Below, in pieces: positions 12,261 to 25,122 of a DNA stretch of 64,000 bases. A model generated the notes under the pieces. The model saw only the letters and a list, made by a program, of their open reading frames with translations, did not search any database and was not told the DNA's origin. Origin of the DNA: Squalus acanthias. Lineage: Eukaryota. Location: the NCBI GenBank assembly GCA_030390025.1, contig CM059433.1, forward strand, positions 3,162,001-3,226,000, given 5' to 3'. Each line of letters opens with the position of its first letter. The first letter of the stretch is position 1. The position numbers and the translations under genes were made by a program.

Positions 12261-13487
12261 CATAGGGATGGTGTTCACTGAGGAGTCAGGGAGGCTAATT
12301 GGGAGAAATCATAGAAAATACTTGACCATGCCCACTTTTCTCATTTACATGCAGTCGGACAGGCAGCTATCAGGGCTGACAGATTTTCCTGAGCAAACTT
12401 TTGGTAGCTAATTTTAAGGGTTGAATTGTGGCCGCAAACCAGAGCACATATTTTACTTTTTTTTTTACTGCTTCATAACGGCCTGAAAACTGTTTTTTTT
12501 TAAAAAAGAAAGCAGCCCATATTGTTAGTTGCATTAGCGATAGGGGTTATAATTTCCTCTGTTCCCTAATTTTATTGAAAAGCAGTAGCGTGTATAAAAC
12601 AGGGAGTATCATTTTATAGTCACCGGTACTTTCCATTAAAATTAGCAACAGAACTAGGTGTGGGCTGAGAGCTGACAGTAAAGGGTCAGGCTTAAAGCCG
12701 AATGGCCTTTTCCTGTTCCATAAAATTCTTCTGTTCTTATAAGTTTGATTAAATCTTCTCACCCTGCATGGACTTTGTCAGCTCTTTTGGAGAACATTTA
12801 AGAACGGCAAACAAACTTCACAGACGTCGGTAGCCTATTAGAACACTGCCTTCTTGCCTCTGGGCTTTTGTGTGCAAAACCAGCTCAAATTAATGAGATA
12901 AAAACAGGCTGCAAGGGCTCCGATGCAAAGTGCTTTTTTTGACTATCAAATCAGCACCTGGTGGGTATAAGCTCGCAGCTCGAGACTGCCCATAATTTAC
13001 CACTGAACTGACAGTGACTCAGAAATGCCAGAAGGACTGGTAATGTGGGAAATGAACATTTTTACATTAGTGCACTGGGATAGGTTTACAGCATTCCAGT
13101 GTAGAGGAAGATTTATTCTGCGTCTGACATACCTGACCTGAGGAATGCTAAATGCTCACTGGAAAAGCATTTCACTCCGAACGCTGATATCATTCACATC
13201 GATCAGCACGAATCATAGCTTCCCTCCCCCGCCCCCCAAAAAAAACCCCCACCAAACTCCACGAGCCACCATCTTATGGTGCTGTGCCCCCAGGCAACAG
13301 TAAAGCGAAGGAACAGCTGCACACTGCAAATTGCTACCAAAATCAATATTGCCACTGATAAAAATACAGAGGCAATGACAAAGCAGAAAAGCAGAATATA
13401 AAGAGAAGCCTTGCTCTCAACTGAGAATTTACACCGCGATGCGATCGCAAGTTAGCAAACATCAGTGGTGGGCTGAAGAAGAACACT

Positions 13488-14132
13488 TAACTGGACCAGC
13501 CACATAAATACTGTGGCAACAAGAGCAGGTCAGAGGCTAGGTATTCTGCGGCGAGTGTCTCCCCTCCAGACTCCCCAAAGCCTTTCCACCATCTACAAGG
13601 CACAAGTCAGGAGTGTGATGGAATTCTCTCCACTTGCCTGGATGAGTGCAGCTCCAACAACACTCAAGAAGCTCGACACCAACCAGGACAAAGCAGCCCG
13701 CTTGATTGGCACCCCATCTACCACCTTAAACATTCACTCCCTCCACCACCGGCAACCGTGGCTGCAGTGTGCACCATCTACAAGATGCACTGCAGCAACT
13801 CGCCAAGGCTTCTTCAGCAGCACCTCCCAAACCCGCAACCTCTTCCACCTAGAAGGACAAGGGCAGCAGGCGCATGGGAACACCACCACCTCCAAGTTCC
13901 CCTCCAACTCACACACCATCCTGACTTGGAAGTATATCGCCGATCCTTCATCGTCACTGGGTCAAAATCCTGGAACTCCCTCCCTAACAGCACTGTGGGA
14001 GTACCTTCACCACACGGACTGCAGCGGTTCAAGAAGGCGGTTCACCGCCACCTTCTCCAGGGCAATTAGGGATGGGCAATAAATGCCGGCCTTGCCAAAG
14101 ACGCCCACATCCCATAAACAAATTTTAAAAAA
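13488..14132 (+). mobile_element. Family B LINE 3' fragment
   Basis: ORF 13513 (TIYKAQVRSVMEFSPLAW...IHSLHHR); 3' end GGGCAATTAGGGATGGGCAATAAATG...CCCACATCCCA with A-rich tail. Confidence 0.88.
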
Positions 14133-14409
14133 GCTTTCAAGATGGTATCATAGAGTGAGTCATAGAGTAATAACAGCACAGAAGGAGGCCATTCATCCCA
14201 TCGAGTCCGTGCCAGCTCTCTGTCGAGCAATCCAAGGTCAGTGGTGCTGCAAACTGATTGGAAAAAAAGGAACAGTCAACTAAAAATTGGATGACAAAGA
14301 ATCCTAAATTAGTAGTACATTTCAAATAGGGAGGAATATGCTGGGCAGTAACTGTAGGGACTGAGAGAAGAAGATGGATCAGTCTAGATAGCTGCAATAA
14401 TGAACATTT

Positions 14410-14943
14410 AAAAGAATTTACATTTATAAAGCACTTTTCACAACTTCTGGAGGTTGCAAAGTGCTTCACAGTCACAGCAGTACTTTTAAAGAGTAATCAC
14501 TGTTGACCTGATTAACTTTATCACACCTCGGCAGATAGTCAGGATGATTTAATTTAGTTGTCTGCAATTGTAAGGTACACATGCATTGTTCTCTATCTAT
14601 ATATGCTTTGGCGATTCTGTATCTTTTTACTTCACCCGACGAAGGAGTAGTAAGCTCCGAAAGCTTGTGATTTCAAATAAAACTGTTGGACTATAACCTG
14701 GTGTTGTGCGACCTCTCAGTAATATAAGGATACAGGGCGATCAATTTGTAAAAAGCAAGGACGGCAAACAGCAATGAGATAAATGACTGGACAATCCTTT
14801 TTATGCCGTTAGTTGAGGGGTAAATGTTGGCCAGGTCAACTCCCTTGCTCTTCTTCAAAGAGTGTCTTTGGATCTTTTACATCCACCTGAGAAGTCAGAC
14901 AGGGCAGGGCCTCAGTTTAACATCTCACTTGAAAGACAGTAAC
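14410..14943 (-). mobile_element. Older DeuSINE copy, 3' part; split by a Penelope-like piece, with its 5' head displaced to 18953-19080 by a Harbinger
   Basis: Diverged match to 24278-24610; the SINE resumes collinearly at about 18953. Confidence 0.78.
14506..14719 (+). mobile_element. Penelope-like fragment with variant hammerhead (CCGACGA core)
   Basis: Closely matches 835-1054; stem II GGAGT/GCTCC, followed by GAAAGCTTGTGA. Confidence 0.75.
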
Positions 14944-15441
14944 TGGGGGGAATTTTAACCCCCAAGAACAGGTGGTTTGGAGTCGGGTGGGAAGTAAAAA
15001 TACAAGAAACCTGAAACGCAACTGTAACCCGGCTCCAACACTCCCACTTCCAGGTTCAAATGAGATGCCTTTGGCCGCCTGCGAGTAACCTGCTCGCCGG
15101 TATCGGCGCGGCCATTAGCACAATGGGTCGGTAATTAACACAGCATTTAACATCATAATAATATGGGGATTGTGAATTCATTTTAACTTTCCTTTGAAGT
15201 TAACGCCTCCAGCACGGGTTTCCTGGGGCTCGGGAAACTCGCCAGTGGAAAGGAGGCGAGATTCAGCTGCACTTCAGGGGCTCTTTAAAGCTCAGGTTTC
15301 CCGATCTCTACAAAGGATCAGTGCTTATAGCTTTTTTGTCAGTTCCCTCTAGCAAACATTTCACAGTGAGTTCTTGTCAGCAGAGAGGTTTTTGAGAAGT
15401 TTAGAGGCTTTCAAGCAGACACCAGCAGGATGGATGATGCC

Positions 15442-17436
15442 ATGGATGTTTTTGACACTACATCAGACGAGGAAGTCAATCGCCATCCACGGCAGTGACG
15501 TCGTACTATGGTGGGATCAGCAGATGCACAGGAGAGAGGGGCACAGGAGAGAGGGGTACAGGAGAGAGGAGCACAGGAGAGAGGGGCACGGAGAGAGGGG
15601 CACGGGAGAGAGGGGCACAGGAGAGAGGGGAACAGGAGAGAGGGGCACAGGAGAGAGGGGCACGGGAGAGAGGGGAACAGGAGAGAGGGGCACGGGAGAG
15701 AGGGGCACGGGAGGGAGGGGTACGGGAGAGAGGGGCACGGGAGAGAGGGGCACGGGAGAGAGGGGCACGGGAGGGAGGGGCACGGGAGGGAGGGGCACGG
15801 GAGGGGGGCACAGGAGAGAGGGGCACAGGAGAGGGGGGCACAGGAGAGAGGAACACAGGAGAGAGGGGCACAGGAGAGAGCGGCACAGGAGAGAGGGGCA
15901 CAGGAGAGAGGGGCACAGGAGAGAGGGGCACAGGAGAGAGGGGCACGGGAGAGGGGGGCACGGGAGAGAGGGGCACGGGAGAGAGGGGCACGGGAGAGAG
16001 GGGTACGGGAGAGAGGAGCACAGGAGAGAGGGGCACAGGAGAGAGGGGCACGGGAGAGAGGGCACAGGAGAGAGGGGCACAGGAGAGAGGGCACAGGAGA
16101 GAGGGGCACGGGAGAGAGGGGCACAGGAGAGAGGAACACAGGAGAGAGGGGCACAGGAGAGAGCGGCACAGGAGAGAGGGGCACAGGAGAGAGGGGCACA
16201 GGAGAGAGGGGCACAGGAGAGAGGGGCACGGGAGAGGGGGCACGGGAGAGAGGGGCACGGAGGAGGGGCACGGGAAAGAGGGGTACGGGAGAGAGGAGCA
16301 CAGGAGAGAGGGGCACAGGAGAGAGGGGCACGGGAGAGAGGGCACAGGAGAGAGGGGCACGGGAGAGAGGGCACAGGAGAGAGGGGCACGGGAGAGAGGG
16401 CACAGGAGAGAAGAAATCAACAGAGGGGCTGAGTTCGCAGGAGGCTCTACCCACGTAACAGGGTTTACAGACAAAGGCTCAGCCTCCTTGACTTCTCAGA
16501 AGAGCAGTGGTACCGCAGGCTGAGATTGTCATCTCAGGTGGTCGCAGACATCTGCAGCCTCCTAGAAGAAGACCTGCTCCCTGCTGGACCTGGGGGCCAC
16601 GCATTACCAGTGGCTGTGAAATTTGTTTGCCTCTGGTTCCTTCCAGGGCACTGCCGGAGACATCTCGAGGGTCTTGTGGTCCGGTGGACATAAACGCATG
16701 AGGCAGGTGACGGATGGATTGTTTGCCAGGACTGGGAGTTGTGTAATCTTCCCCTGTGCTGACAATAGCCAGAATGAGCGGACACTCGCACTCGCCTCTC
16801 TGGCTGTCTTCCCACAGATACAGGGTGCCATTGATCAACCAGGAGTTTTTATCAACCGCGAGGGATATTATTCCAGCAATGCGCAGCTCGTGCTGCAACC
16901 ACAAGAAGAGGTTCATGCAGGTGTGCGCCAGATTCCCTGGGAGCTGTCATGATGCCTTCATACTGCGGCAGTCCAGCATCCCAGAACTTTTCGTTCCAGG
17001 AGCCAAAGTTAAGGGCTTGCTCGTAGGAGACAAGGGATACCCACTTCAAACTTGGCTCATGGCGCCTGTGAGGAACCCCAGCAATGAGGCGCAGGAGCGC
17101 TACATCGAGAGCCACATGCCCACCAGGTGTGTCATCGAGCAAGCCATTGGAATGTTGAAGATGTTCTTCAGGTGCCTGGATAGGTCTGGAGGCGTCTTTC
17201 AGTACTCCCTAGCCAGGGTGTCCAGAGTGAGAGTGGTGTGCTGTGTCCTGCACAACATTGCGCAGCAGGGAGGATTACAGGTGGGGGAGGATGAAGGTGC
17301 TCATCAGGCATCTTTGGATGAGGAGAACATTGAAGAGGAGGAGGAGGAGCAGGAATATGGCGATGGGGCACCCATCGCCAGACCAGCCACACTCATTGCT
17401 GCCCGCGGTGCCCTCATTGGTAGAAGGTTCAGTTAA
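15442..17436 (+). pseudogene. Harbinger DDE transposase (HARBI1-like), with stops, deletions and a minisatellite
   Basis: MDVFDTTSDEE...; [54 protein letters not shown]. Confidence 0.85.
15526..16411 (+). repeat. Purine-rich minisatellite, 15-bp unit GCAC(A/G)GGAGAGAGGG, about 60 units
   Basis: Directly visible; includes shorter unit variants and an approximately 280-bp higher-order duplication. Confidence 0.97.
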
Positions 17437-17719
17437 TTATTCCAACTGGAACCAATGGAAAATGAAAGCCACAAACAGCACCAACCATCACGCCCCCCCA
17501 ATCCCTTTTCACTAAACAGTCCCTCAAACATGCATACTCCTATTGCACATCCACCCAATGGGTACCGCCATGTATTGGCACTCGGGACGCAATAATGGGC
17601 AAGATGTGGAAGTGCTGATAATCAGTACATTTTAGGTGGCATTATAAAAATAAGGAAACTTAACAACATAACATTTTATCAAACATGAATGTGCATACCC
17701 TTGGTGAATTACAATTGCT

Positions 17720-18951
17720 TCAACTTACGCTTCTATGTGGTGCATCGCATGTGGCTTCAGATGAGGTAGAGGCAGGCTGCTCAGATACCTGTGGTGCTTT
17801 TAGCCTCTGACCTCTAGGTTTCACTGCCCCTGAGGATCCTGTCAAAGACTGCTCCACCTGCACCGGTGCAGGGGCAGACACCACCATCAGGAGACGAGGC
17901 AGCATGTCGGGTATTGGCTGAGGGGGGAGCGATGGATGAGAAGTGGGGACGCTTTTGAGTGGCGTTCCTACTTCCATGTCCTTCTTCGCCATCATCCCTC
18001 TCCTGGGCCAGCGCCACATCACTCCGACCACTCTGTGACAGACCAGCTTGGTGAAGATCAGTGATGCGTTGTAAGGCCACGGTTAAGGTTTCTGTCATCT
18101 TGTTTAAGACGACAGACATGTTGGCATCCAAAGTCTGCATGGCCATGGTCATAGCCTGCAGGAACTCATTTGAGAGCCAGGTTTGAAGCTCCGCGGAGGC
18201 GGCCACTCTCTCCTTGGCAGCCATTCCAGCAATTACCTGCTCCACCAATACCTAACTATTCAAGTTGTACTCCTCCATCTCCTCCACTATTGGAGAGTGT
18301 GCATGGCACGTCTGTCAGTACCTTGCATATTTGTTGATGCACCTCTATTATTCTCCTTCTCAATGATGTCCACTGGGGTTCAGCATTTGTGTTCGGCTGA
18401 GCCTAGCTTGGAGAGGATTGCACCCCCCGACCTGGATTCACCACAGCTGTCCCTGCCACCAGTTGTCTGCTCCTGATCACTTGTGAATTGTGAATCACCA
18501 GGTTAAAAACCCAACTAACTCTCGAATTGGACCCACCGAGTATTTGCACTGGTGCATTGCTGTATGTCCTGTGACGGTGCTCCCTCAGAAGGAATGAGGT
18601 CCTCTGAGGAATCGTCCTCATATATCTGCAGCAATACTTGATGTACGCGTGAAGGCCTGGAAGACAAAAGAAAGGGAGATGAATTAGTCGTGGCAAAGTA
18701 ACAATCCTGACAATCACCGTACTCAGTCATCTCATAGATCAGTCATTGATGAAAAAAAGTCAGCATATGTGTCAGAGATATTTTTAATTTTGTCACCAGC
18801 CATCTGCGAGTTCCCAGTCTCTCCATCTCCGACTGAGAGGGATGCATATGTGTCACTTATGGCATCCTCCTCTGCATCTGTGAGCTGCACAATTTGTGGC
18901 GGGCCACCTCAAGTCCTCTCCCTTTCCCTTGCATTTTGCGCTCTCTTCTCC
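17720..18951 (-). pseudogene. Harbinger Myb/SANT accessory gene exons 2-3 (decayed)
   Basis: EKRAQNARERERT*GGP motif at about 18950; ORFs 18403..18717, 17814..18248 and 17720..18031 resemble 10398-11230 and 26303-26844. Confidence 0.75.
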
Positions 18952-18952
18952 T

Positions 18953-19080
18953 ATAAGGAACTTTCAGTGCTGTATTGGAGTGCTAGCCTAGATTATGTAC
19001 TCAAATATCTGGAGTGGGGCTTGAACACATGATCTTCTGACTCAGAGGCGAGAGTGCTTCCACTGAGCCAAGGCTGACAC
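18953..19080 (-). mobile_element. DeuSINE 5' tRNA head (continuation of 14410-14943)
   Basis: GTGTCAGCCTTGGCTCAGTGG...GTTCAAGCC on the minus strand. Confidence 0.78.
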
Positions 19081-19720
19081 TAAATTGTGGTGGGACCACA
19101 GTTGTGGTTGAGAGAACATTTGATTAAAAATATATTTTTCAAAGAAATAGTAAGGGTGAATATGAATTTTTATCATGCGCCAATACCAAATTCAACCTCT
19201 AATCTGACCGTATATATTTCCGACATTCTAGAGGTCTTAGGTTCCTTATTATAAATGCAATATTTTGAATCTCCATCTTTACCTTTATTACCAAATTCTT
19301 GTTGCCACTCTTTTTCTTGAACTATATCGTGTAATGATGCTATGTTTTGCAGATTGAGGGGAAGGGTTTTCCACTTCAATTATGTCACTTTAATGGCATT
19401 TGTAAGGCAGTAGGAGAGAGAAAGCTGGTCAGAGAGACTTTACCACAGCTCCTCGCCAAGCCCCACCACTCACTCTCAAGATTTTTGCTGAAAGTGATGG
19501 ACGTTGTGTACGCCCACCAATATTGAAAGCAGTTGGTAATGATGGAATGATGGATGGGCAGAAGTCCTGAGCCGCCACGCTTATGACATCACTGCCACTA
19601 AGGGGGAATATCTCAGACAGCGTCTGAGTAGTTTGACTAAGATTTATTCTGATATGATCATGAGATTAGTCCAGTGAGAGAACGAGGAGCAGGAACATAA
19701 ATTTGACAGTAAGATTTAAT

Positions 19721-20828
19721 GGGGTAGAATTTCATCTTTACCGCCTGGGTGTTAAGGATATCCTGGGTAGAGCGCAGAAAAGAAAATCTGGCAGGGACTT
19801 GGATTAGGACTGCATTCCACCAAGTCCCCACCCATGGTTGTGTCCATGTGATTTTGCACCATGTTAGTCAACCTCCTTCCCTCTGTTGTTCTGGCAACAC
19901 GCTTCGAGTAAGCATGAGACAATTAAGTGTATGGAACAGACTTTATTTATACAGTATAGGTGATCAATCCATACAGTACAAAGGGTAGCAATTCCGGTTC
20001 CACTTGCTCCAGCTACCTGACTTAGCCCTGCAACCTCATCCTCTTTTATGCACTGGTTGTTTACTAGTATCTCATTCATAGACAGACCTTCGGAATGCTA
20101 ATCCCTTCTTACTCGCTTATAAGGTACCTCTCGAGAGGTTTATTTCAAAGTGTCTGTAATATGGACGATAGTTCTACATTAATCAGTCATGGTCGATGTC
20201 CATTCTAGCCATCACACCCTTGTGTTCCAGTTGATAAGAAGACAACTGGAGTGGAACAAAACCCTTTTGTTCATGTTCCATGTTTCATCTCTCCTTTTGT
20301 TTCTCAGACCACCGGCTGGTACATCGACCAGCCGTGGTTACCCATGGTTCAGTTGGATTAGTATCTCGCAACTCTCCAACATATCAGAAGTGACTTTGGT
20401 TGCAAGAAGCTCCCACCATTTCCTGATGTAAAAATGTAAATATAGGCATTATAACATTGTAACATCATGCGTATTTTCCATCGTTACACCCTCATTTACA
20501 ACGGGGATGCTCGAGGCCTGTTTCATGTGTCTCAATAGGTTTCTCAGAGCTCTGCAATACAGTCCAGCACTTAATTTCAATATGTCTTAACTCTCTTTCT
20601 CTTCATTACTATTGTTTGCGAACTCTGTTTGTGACACTCCCCTTTAATTGTCGATATCCCATTAAATTTGACTCACACACGAGTTTTATCTCCTACCACC
20701 AGCTGGCTCTTCAGATCTATTTAAATTTACACCTGAAGTTATGTAAATGATCTGACGGAGGAACATTGGTGTAATCAGCCGACCTCCATTCTGGTGGTAA
20801 CAACATCAAAAGAGGAAAATCTGGTCCC
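19721..20828. mobile_element. Old Harbinger-type MITE hosting a solo LTR
   Basis: Ends GGGGTAGAATTTC / GAAAATCTGGTCCC resemble the other Harbinger termini here; interior diverged. Confidence 0.4.
19884..20488 (-). mobile_element. Solo LTR, 605 bp
   Basis: TGT...ACA ends; 5-bp TSD CCCTC (19879-19883, 20489-20493); AATAAA on the minus strand at 19942-19947; TATA-like site near 20118. Confidence 0.75.
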
Positions 20829-20998
20829 AAGGGAGCGAGACAGCCAGGGAGAGTAATTGAGATTAGGAGCAGGACATGAGGGTGAGCAATACATGGCAGC
20901 AAGCAAAAGGAACAAGATGTCAGGAACAGCAGTTAGGATCAGGAGTGGGACATGGTAGCAAGCAACAGGAATGGGACATGGCAGACAGCAGAGGGAGC

Positions 20999-21835
20999 AA
21001 ACATTTGGCAGATGAGTATAATGTGGGAAAGTGCGAGGTTATCCACTTTTACAGGAAAAATAACAAAGAAAATTATTATTTAAATGGAGAGAGATTACAA
21101 AATGTTACAGCTCAGAGGGTCCTTGTGCATGAAACACAAAAAGTTAGCATGCAGGTACAGCAAGTAATCAAAAAGGCAAATGGAATGTTGGCCTTTATTG
21201 CAAGGGGGTTGGAGTATAAAAGCAGGGAAGTCCTGCTACAACTGTACAGGTTATTGGTGAGACCACACCTTGAGTACTGCGTACAGTTTTGGTCTCCTTA
21301 TTTAAGGAAGGATATACTTGCATTGGAGGCAGTTCAGAGACGATTCACACGGTTAATTCCAGGGATGAGGGGGTTGACTTATGAAGAAAGGTTGAACAGG
21401 TTCGGCCTATACTCATTGGAATTTAGAAGAATGAGAGGTGATCTTATTGAAACATATAAGATACTGAGGGGGCTCAACAAGGTAGATGCAGAGAGGATGT
21501 TTCCCCTCGTGGGGGAATCTAGAACTCGGGGGCACAGTTTCAGAATAAAGGGTCGCCCTTTTAGAACTGAGATGAGGAGGAATTTCTTCTCTCAGAGGGT
21601 CGTAAATCTGTGGAATTCTCTGCCCCAGAGAGCCGTGGAGGCTGGGTCATTAAATACATTTAAGGTGGAGATAGACAGATTTTTGCAAGATAAGGGAGTG
21701 AAGGGTTATGGGGAGCGGGCAGGGAAGTGGCTTTGAGCCCAAGATTAGCCATGATCTTATTGAATGGCGGAGCAGGCTCAAGGGGCCAAGTGGCCTATTC
21801 CTGCTCCTATTTCTTGTTAACTTATGTTCTTATGA
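20999..21835 (+). mobile_element. CR1 LINE 3' fragment
   Basis: ORF 20876..21736 carries CR1 RT C-terminal motifs; 3' UTR follows. Confidence 0.92.
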
Positions 21836-23366
21836 TAGCCAGGCAGAGCAATTGGGACAGGAGCTAAAGGTGGTGGTAATTCGAGGGAGTGGGACATGGC
21901 GGTGAACCGTGGATGCAAGACAGTCAGGTATCAGGTCATGTTAGTGGCACAAAAAAGGGACACTGACTGAAGGATAAAGGAGCCAGGACTGACACGGCAA
22001 TCTGTGTTTGCCAAGTGCTTGTTTCTAGACAAATCGAGCACTGTCAGTTTATCAAGGAAACAGGCACTTACCAAAACAATTTTGTCCCAAGTTGATGTGT
22101 CAGATTTGGACTTTGCGTCTCCTGGAATAACAAGTGCAAAATACACAGCTCCATTCTACTCCCCAATGAATGATTCAGATTATCACAGTTTCCAGATAGA
22201 ACCATAGAATTTTACAACACGGAAGGAGTCCCTTCAGCCCTTTATATCCGGGCCAGCTCTTGGGTAAAGCAATCCGAAACTAACTGCACTGTCCTGCTTT
22301 CTCCCCATGGCCTTGTATCTTCTTCTGCTTCAAATAATTATCTACTTTGCTCTTAAAAGATGCAATGGTCAATGCCTCAACTACTCCCTGTGGCAACGCA
22401 TTCTAAGGTCTAACAACATAAAGAAATTCTCTCTTCACTCTGTCAATGGACAGAAAATCACAAGTTATGGGCCTGGGATTTCCTGCTCTGTGCTCTCTGG
22501 GAGCACCTAGTCAGGGAATCAGCCCGTTTATGTGCACATTTGTCTTTGAAAGGACATAAATGCACTATAGCAGCTTTGGGGACAGCAACAAGATGTATTC
22601 ACCAGAGAACGAAAGATTGAGAACAGTGGTTTTCAAACATGTCTGTTTTGGAAATCCCTGCCAATGTTGAGGCAGCCCTGGAGACCCTCAGCAAGTAGTG
22701 GGACACTCCTCAAGAACCCCATGTAATGTTGAAGATTCCTTCGACCCCTTTACAAATGTAGACTCACTTTGGTAAATGTCAGTACCTATTACAAGTTAGG
22801 ACAAGGCCCCACCGCTCAACCCCACACCCTGCCCCACCAGCTCCCCCTCCTAACATCCAAAAGATGTGAATCTCTGAAGGTTTTATGACCCGTGCTGCTA
22901 GGCTATAGAAAAATCAAGTAGAATGCTCGAAACTAAGGGCGAACAAACACAAAATAAAAAACACTATACTCTCCTTGCATGAGTGTTCCCATGGCTCCAC
23001 AAAAACCTACAGTTCCACTGCCAGTCACTCAGTGACCCCCCACCAGCCCACCTCCTCTCCTGGATTGCCTCACCCCTCCTCTGGGCCGAACATCTGGCTC
23101 AGCTCCACAGAGGAGCAGTTGCATTCTCCCCCACTGCCCCGCTCCGTCCCTCCTCCCCCCGCCCCCCCCTCCACACCCCAGCCACCTCCGTCGTGAGCTG
23201 CATTCGTACTCTTGCTGAGCACTGGTAGTTTACCGAAAATATTTAATGAGGCTCAACCATGAAATGGTTTGGGTCTCTCACTTGCGCCATCGCGTGCGCG
23301 GAGTGCACACCCTGCCTACCGCCCACCCAGTGTGGGCTCCTGTCGAAAACTCACCCCCTCCCACAT

Positions 23367-24087
23367 ATAAACACAGAAACATAGAAGATAGGAGCAGGAG
23401 TAGGCCATTCGGCCCCTCGAGCCTGCTCCGCCATTCGATGAGATCATGGCTGATCATCCAAATTCAGTACCCTGTACCTGCCTTCTCTCCATATCCCTTG
23501 ATCCCTTTAGCCTTAAGAACTATATCTAACTCCTTCTTGAATATATTTAATGAATTGGCCTCTACTGCCTTCCGTGGTAGAGAATTCCACAGGTTCACCA
23601 CTCTCTGGGTGAAGAAATTCCTCCTCATCTCTGTCCTAAATGGCTTACCCCTTATCTTTAGACTGTGACCTCTTGTTCTGGACTCACCCGCCATCGGGAA
23701 CATCCTTCCTGCATCCAGTCTGTCTAGCCCTGTTAGAATTTTATAAGTATCAATGAGATCTCCTCTCATTCTTCTAAACTCCAGCGAGTATAAGCCCAAT
23801 CGACCCAATCTCTCCTCGTACGTCATTCCTGCCATCCCAGGTATCAGTCTGGTGAACCTTCGCTGCACACCCTCCATGGCAAGAACATCCTTCCTCAGAT
23901 AAGGCGACCAAAACTGCACACAATACTCAAGGTGTGGTCTCACCAAGGCCCTGTACAGCTGCAGCAAGACATCCTTGTTCCTGTACTCAAACCCTCTAGC
24001 TACGAAGGCCAACATACCATTTGCCTTCTTAACCGCCTGCTGTACCTGCATGCTTACCTTCAGCGACTGGTGCACAAGGACACCCAC
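23367..24087 (-). mobile_element. CR1 LINE 3' fragment
   Basis: ORF 23464..24087; (TTTCTATG)-type tail. Confidence 0.92.
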
Positions 24088-24277
24088 AATGTGCTTACGA
24101 TTTCACTATCGGTCGTGAGCAGCCCAACTCATTATAAATCAGTCTGTAATATTAGCCACTTCCACGTTTAATCTGTTTACTACCCATTTTAGCAGACAAA
24201 TATTTGTGGTTTTATTAATGCTTTTATCACAGATTTAATATAAACGGAGGATCATAGTCGATCACAAAACCCTTTTA

Positions 24278-24755
24278 AAAAGAAAAGAAAGACTTGCATT
24301 TCTATAGCGCCTTTCATGACCACCGGACGTCTCAAAGCGCTTTACAGCCAATTAAGTATTTTTGAAGTGGAGTCACTGTTGTAATGTGGGAAACGCAGCA
24401 GCCAATTTGTGCACAGCAAGCTCCCACAAACAGCAATGTGATAATGACCAGATAATCTGTTTTACGGATGTTGGTTGAGGGATGAATATTGACCCCAGGA
24501 CACCGGGGAAGAACTCCCCTGCTCTTCTTTGAAATAGTGCCATGGGATCTTTTACATCCACCTGAAAGGGCAGACGGTGCTTCGGTTTAAGATCTCATCC
24601 GAAAGACGGCACCTCTGACAGTGCAGCACTCCCTCAGCACCGCACTGGGAGTGTCGGCCTGGATTTTGTGCTCAAGTCTCTGGAGTGGGACTGTGAACCC
24701 ACAACCGTTCTGACTCAGAGGCGAGTGTGCTACCCACTGAGCCACAGCTGACACT
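24278..24755 (-). mobile_element. Full-length DeuSINE (SacSINE1-like)
   Basis: tRNA head (TGGCTCAGTGG...GGTTCACAGTCCC), Deu-like core, L2-like tail GCGCTATAGAAATGCAAGTCTTTCTTTT. Confidence 0.9.
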
Positions 24756-25122
24756 TAAGAACAAGCATTTTAAAAATCTTGTTTCTGCCATTGATGGTGA
24801 CACTAATTAGAATAAGATCTGCAAAATTGTATCAGAGTTTTAGGGCTCGATTTTGCCATTGGGGTCGGGCTGGGGTGTTTCAGGTGGTTTTCGTGTCAGG
24901 ACCCCGACTCCGATGTGAACCGGGAAAAAAGTGTGATTTTCCCCTAATTGGTCACTTGATTTCCAGCGTGTGGGAGCCCCTGGCCCAATTAATCTTTCCA
25001 TCCTGAAAGTCGCCTCTGATGACGTCATCAATGCTGCTGGATTTAAGGCCTGCAAGCAGCCTTGCTTCTTCTGGAGACTGGAAACGCTTTGGACATTGTA
25101 TGAAGGACTTCATTTACCGACC

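Larger units (their letters stand above)
14945..18952 (+). mobile_element. PIF/Harbinger transposon with convergent transposase (+) and Myb (-) genes; right end lost
   Basis: Left terminus GGGGGGAATTTTAAC; DDE_Tnp_4/HARBI1-like peptides on +; Myb-gene exons 2-3 on - at about 17720-18951. Confidence 0.88.

Noticed and set aside
15374..16523. Six overlapping ORFs of about 300 aa
   Set aside because: Artefact of a stop-free minisatellite.
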